From Nannocystaceae bacterium (GTDB taxonomy: Bacteria; Myxococcota_A; Polyangia; Nannocystales; Nannocystaceae): a DNA stretch of 54,254 nucleotides. The position numbers and the translations under genes were made by a program. Positions 52,199-54,254 of the stretch are shown here, piece after piece. Numbering within the stretch: the first letter of the stretch is position 1; each line of letters starts with the position of its first letter. The stretch is taken from NCBI GenBank assembly GCA_040265175.1, contig JBDQGY010000001.1, positions 1-54,254 on the forward strand, written 5' to 3'. The notes beneath the pieces were generated by a model. That model saw nothing but the letters and a program-made list of their open reading frames with translations, was not told where the DNA came from and made no database searches.

Positions 52199-52663
52199 GT
52201 GATGCCGCCGACGCTGCGGGTGCAACGCCTTCATCCGGACGCACGCCTTCCGGAGAGGATGACTGCGCTCGCGGCGGGCATGGATCTCGCTGCGTGTCTC
52301 GAGGAGGCGCCTGAAATCACGCTCGCCCCGGGTGCGAGGGCCTTGATCCCCACGGGCCTGGCCCTCGCGATCCCTGCGGGGTTTGAGGGCCAAATTCGTC
52401 CACGTTCTGGGTTGGCTTATCGGCATGGGGTCACAGTTCTCAACGCGCCGGGGACGATCGACGCGGACTATCGCGGAGAACTGAGGGTGCTGCTGGTCAA
52501 TTTGGGTCAAGAGCCCGCAAGGATTCAGACAGGCGATCGGATCGCGCAGCTGGTGATCGCTCCGGTCGCCGCCCTCGTGGCAGAGGAGGCGCAGACCCTC
52601 GGTCACGTGGACAGCCGTGATCCTGCCGGTTTTGGGTCCACTGGGGGCTTTTCCACCTCATAA
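52199..52663 (+). CDS. dut: dUTP diphosphatase
   Basis: GTG 52199 or ATG 52202. Contains AAGMDL, IPTGLALAIPAGFEGQIRPRSGLA, GTIDADYRGEL and GFGSTG. Confidence 0.93.
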   Translation: MMPPTLRVQRLHPDARLPERMTALAAGMDLAACLEEAPEITLAPGARALIPTGLALAIPAGFEGQIRPRSGLAYRHGVTVLNAPGTIDADYRGELRVLLVNLGQEPARIQTGDRIAQLVIAPVAALVAEEAQTLGHVDSRDPAGFGSTGGFSTS

Positions 52664-52687
52664 TGTGAGTCGCGGGAGATTTGATAA

Positions 52688-54254
52688 ATGTTCGGGCCAG
52701 GTCTTGTTTGCGATCGCTTTCAGTTTATTCAGCCGCTCCCAGATTTTGTGGGGCACCGGGCGCTCGGGCCGAGCCATGTCGCGGTCGATCAAAAAGAGGG
52801 CGGCGAACAACTTTGGATCACGGTGGTTGATCCGCCGTTGATTCCAGAGCCGGCGGCCAAATCAGAATACGTGAGTCGGGCGCGGCAACTCACCTCCATG
52901 CGGCACCCATCCTTGGTGCGGACCCGTGCGGTGACCGACGATGATCAGCGGGTGTTCATCGCGTATGAGGCCTTGCCAGGCGCCTTGGTGCTTGAGGACA
53001 TCATGACGCGGTTTGGCGCCATGTCCTCGACCCTCGTCCTTGAGCGCGCACGCTCGGTGGCTCGCGGACTGGACGCGCTCCACCGTCGGGGCGTGGTGCA
53101 CGGGGGCCTGGATGGTACGACCGTGGTGAACTGGGAGGAGCAGTGCCTCTTGCTGAACTACGGGCTCTTCCCGGCGCTTCACGCGGACCGATTTCGAGAG
53201 CTCGCGCGACGGACGGGCAGCGTCGCCATGTGGCCCCCGGAGGTCGTTCGCGGCGAGTTCACGCCAGCGGCGGATGTGTTCGCCTGGGGCGTCCTCGTCG
53301 CGCAGATGCTGACAGGCGAGGCGGCCGCAGCCGCGGTCATCGAGCTTGACGACCACGCGCGCAAGTATGACGTCGGCTCAGAGTTTTTGGAGTTGATCCG
53401 CTCGTGCACCCATACGGACCCGGCGGAGCGACCGCGCGACGCCACCCACCTGGTCGCGCGCCTAGAGAATTTTGATTCGATCACGAGCGGCCGCGTCGAC
53501 GAGGTTTCGGACGCGGTCGAGCTTCCTCCTCCTCCCTCTGAGATGGGGGCGGAGCTGTCACTCAATTTTGTAGGCGGGAGCGGGACCTCGACAGAGAGTG
53601 TCGCCGCGGACGACGAGGACGGCATGATCTCCATGACCGAGATCTCGTTGGAGACGGCGAACCCAGACCTCGATTCGTCGCCGGCCCTGGAACTTCCCGA
53701 CACTCCGGAAGATGCCCCAGCTCGGTCGAAACCACCGCGCAAACGCCCGGCCCAGCCCACGGCGAAGCTGTCCGCGCTCGCAGCAGAGATCGTGGGCGAA
53801 GACGGGGTGGGGGAGCTTGGGTCTGTGTTCGATGGCGAGGTGCCGAGGGAACCCGACGCCTCGGTGAGTTCGATGGACCTCGAAAAACTCGCATTGGGCG
53901 TAGAGGCCGCCGCTGGATCAGAGGCGTCCTTGTCATTGATCGGTGGTGGGGATCCCACCGACTTCGACACGTTCGCGACTCGAAATACAGAGGAGCCTGA
54001 GCGCACGCCCGAGGATCCAGAGATCAAGGTTGATAGAGGCAAGAAGATCAAACTGAGGATGCCGCGGCGCACGCGGCGTCCGGGACCCCATGGGCCCCCC
54101 CCAAATCTTGTCAGCCGGGGGATCATTGTCGCGACCGGGACCATGACGTTTTTGTTCACGCTGCACGTGGCCGGAGAGAGGGGCGGCTACGCAGCGCTCG
54201 TGGACCCTGCCTTCAGCCAGGAGTTATCGAGCACGGTTGATACCGCGTTTGAGG
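52688..54254 (+). CDS. Membrane pseudokinase, paralogue of 26782..28545; 3' end beyond window
   Basis: Absent from the ORF track because it is open at the window end. ATG 52688 follows an in-frame TAA at 52685. The fold is kinase-like (MRHPSLVRTRAV.., LDALHRRGVVHGGLDGTTVV, LNYGL, WPPEVVRGE, DVFAWGVLVAQMLTGE). The catalytic HRD Asp and the DFG motif are missing. An acidic linker is followed by a TM helix (GIIVATGTMTFLFTLHVAG). G/C is high at third codon positions, which favours this strand over the antisense ORF 53179..54159. Confidence 0.8.
   Translation, partial: MFGPGLVCDRFQFIQPLPDFVGHRALGPSHVAVDQKEGGEQLWITVVDPPLIPEPAAKSEYVSRARQLTSMRHPSLVRTRAVTDDDQRVFIAYEALPGALVLEDIMTRFGAMSSTLVLERARSVARGLDALHRRGVVHGGLDGTTVVNWEEQCLLLNYGLFPALHADRFRELARRTGSVAMWPPEVVRGEFTPAADVFAWGVLVAQMLTGEAAAAAVIELDDHARKYDVGSEFLELIRSCTHTDPAERPRDATHLVARLENFDSITSGRVDEVSDAVELPPPPSEMGAELSLNFVGGSGTSTESVAADDEDGMISMTEISLETANPDLDSSPALELPDTPEDAPARSKPPRKRPAQPTAKLSALAAEIVGEDGVGELGSVFDGEVPREPDASVSSMDLEKLALGVEAAAGSEASLSLIGGGDPTDFDTFATRNTEEPERTPEDPEIKVDRGKKIKLRMPRRTRRPGPHGPPPNLVSRGIIVATGTMTFLFTLHVAGERGGYAALVDPAFSQELSSTVDTAFE

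Overview
GC-rich chromosomal window; third codon positions are almost uniformly G/C. Gene content looks like Myxococcota: fibro-slime and Myxococcus cysteine-rich-repeat lipoproteins, Ser/Thr-kinase fusions and two ECF sigma factors. I can support about 47 protein genes. I saw no rRNA, tRNA, CRISPR array, transposase or integrase. All domain calls come from motif recognition by eye; no searches were run.

The backbone is housekeeping:
- uvrA
- flavin reductase and HMG-CoA lyase
- cysteine desulfurase and mnmA
- rnc
- tilS and ftsH
- mutS followed by an EVE-domain gene
- a complete rimP-nusA-ylxR-infB-rbfA-truB-rpsO-pnp-dut block

Lineage-specific genes are interleaved:
- three lipoproteins carrying hexanucleotide-encoded (Asp-Gly)n tracts
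- a kinase-FGE fusion
- a lipoprotein joining a CxxCH haem motif to a PHM/DBH-like copper monooxygenase core
- a stand-alone MshEN-like protein
- a C-N hydrolase / ECF sigma / NrsF-like operon with overlapping start and stop codons
- an 8.6-kb minus-strand cluster (membrane HEAT protein, GYF-containing tail-anchored pseudokinase, TPR lipoprotein, secreted HEAT protein, then an ECF sigma with no anti-sigma, a BNR propeller and a TlpA-like redoxin)

That 8.6-kb cluster is my best candidate for an undescribed signalling system. A second pseudokinase paralogue starts at 52688.

Non-coding signals worth a second look:
- a promoter plus strong terminator 10 nt upstream of rimP (candidate NusA attenuator)
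- an unexplained 410-nt intergenic region (31969-32379) with five GATC sites in 45 nt, direct repeats, a G4 motif and a 27-bp long-range helix
- rpsO and pnp leader hairpins
- an AT-rich spacer with a 9-bp inverted repeat upstream of an ECF sigma gene

The many long antisense and off-frame ORFs in the track are GC-composition artefacts.
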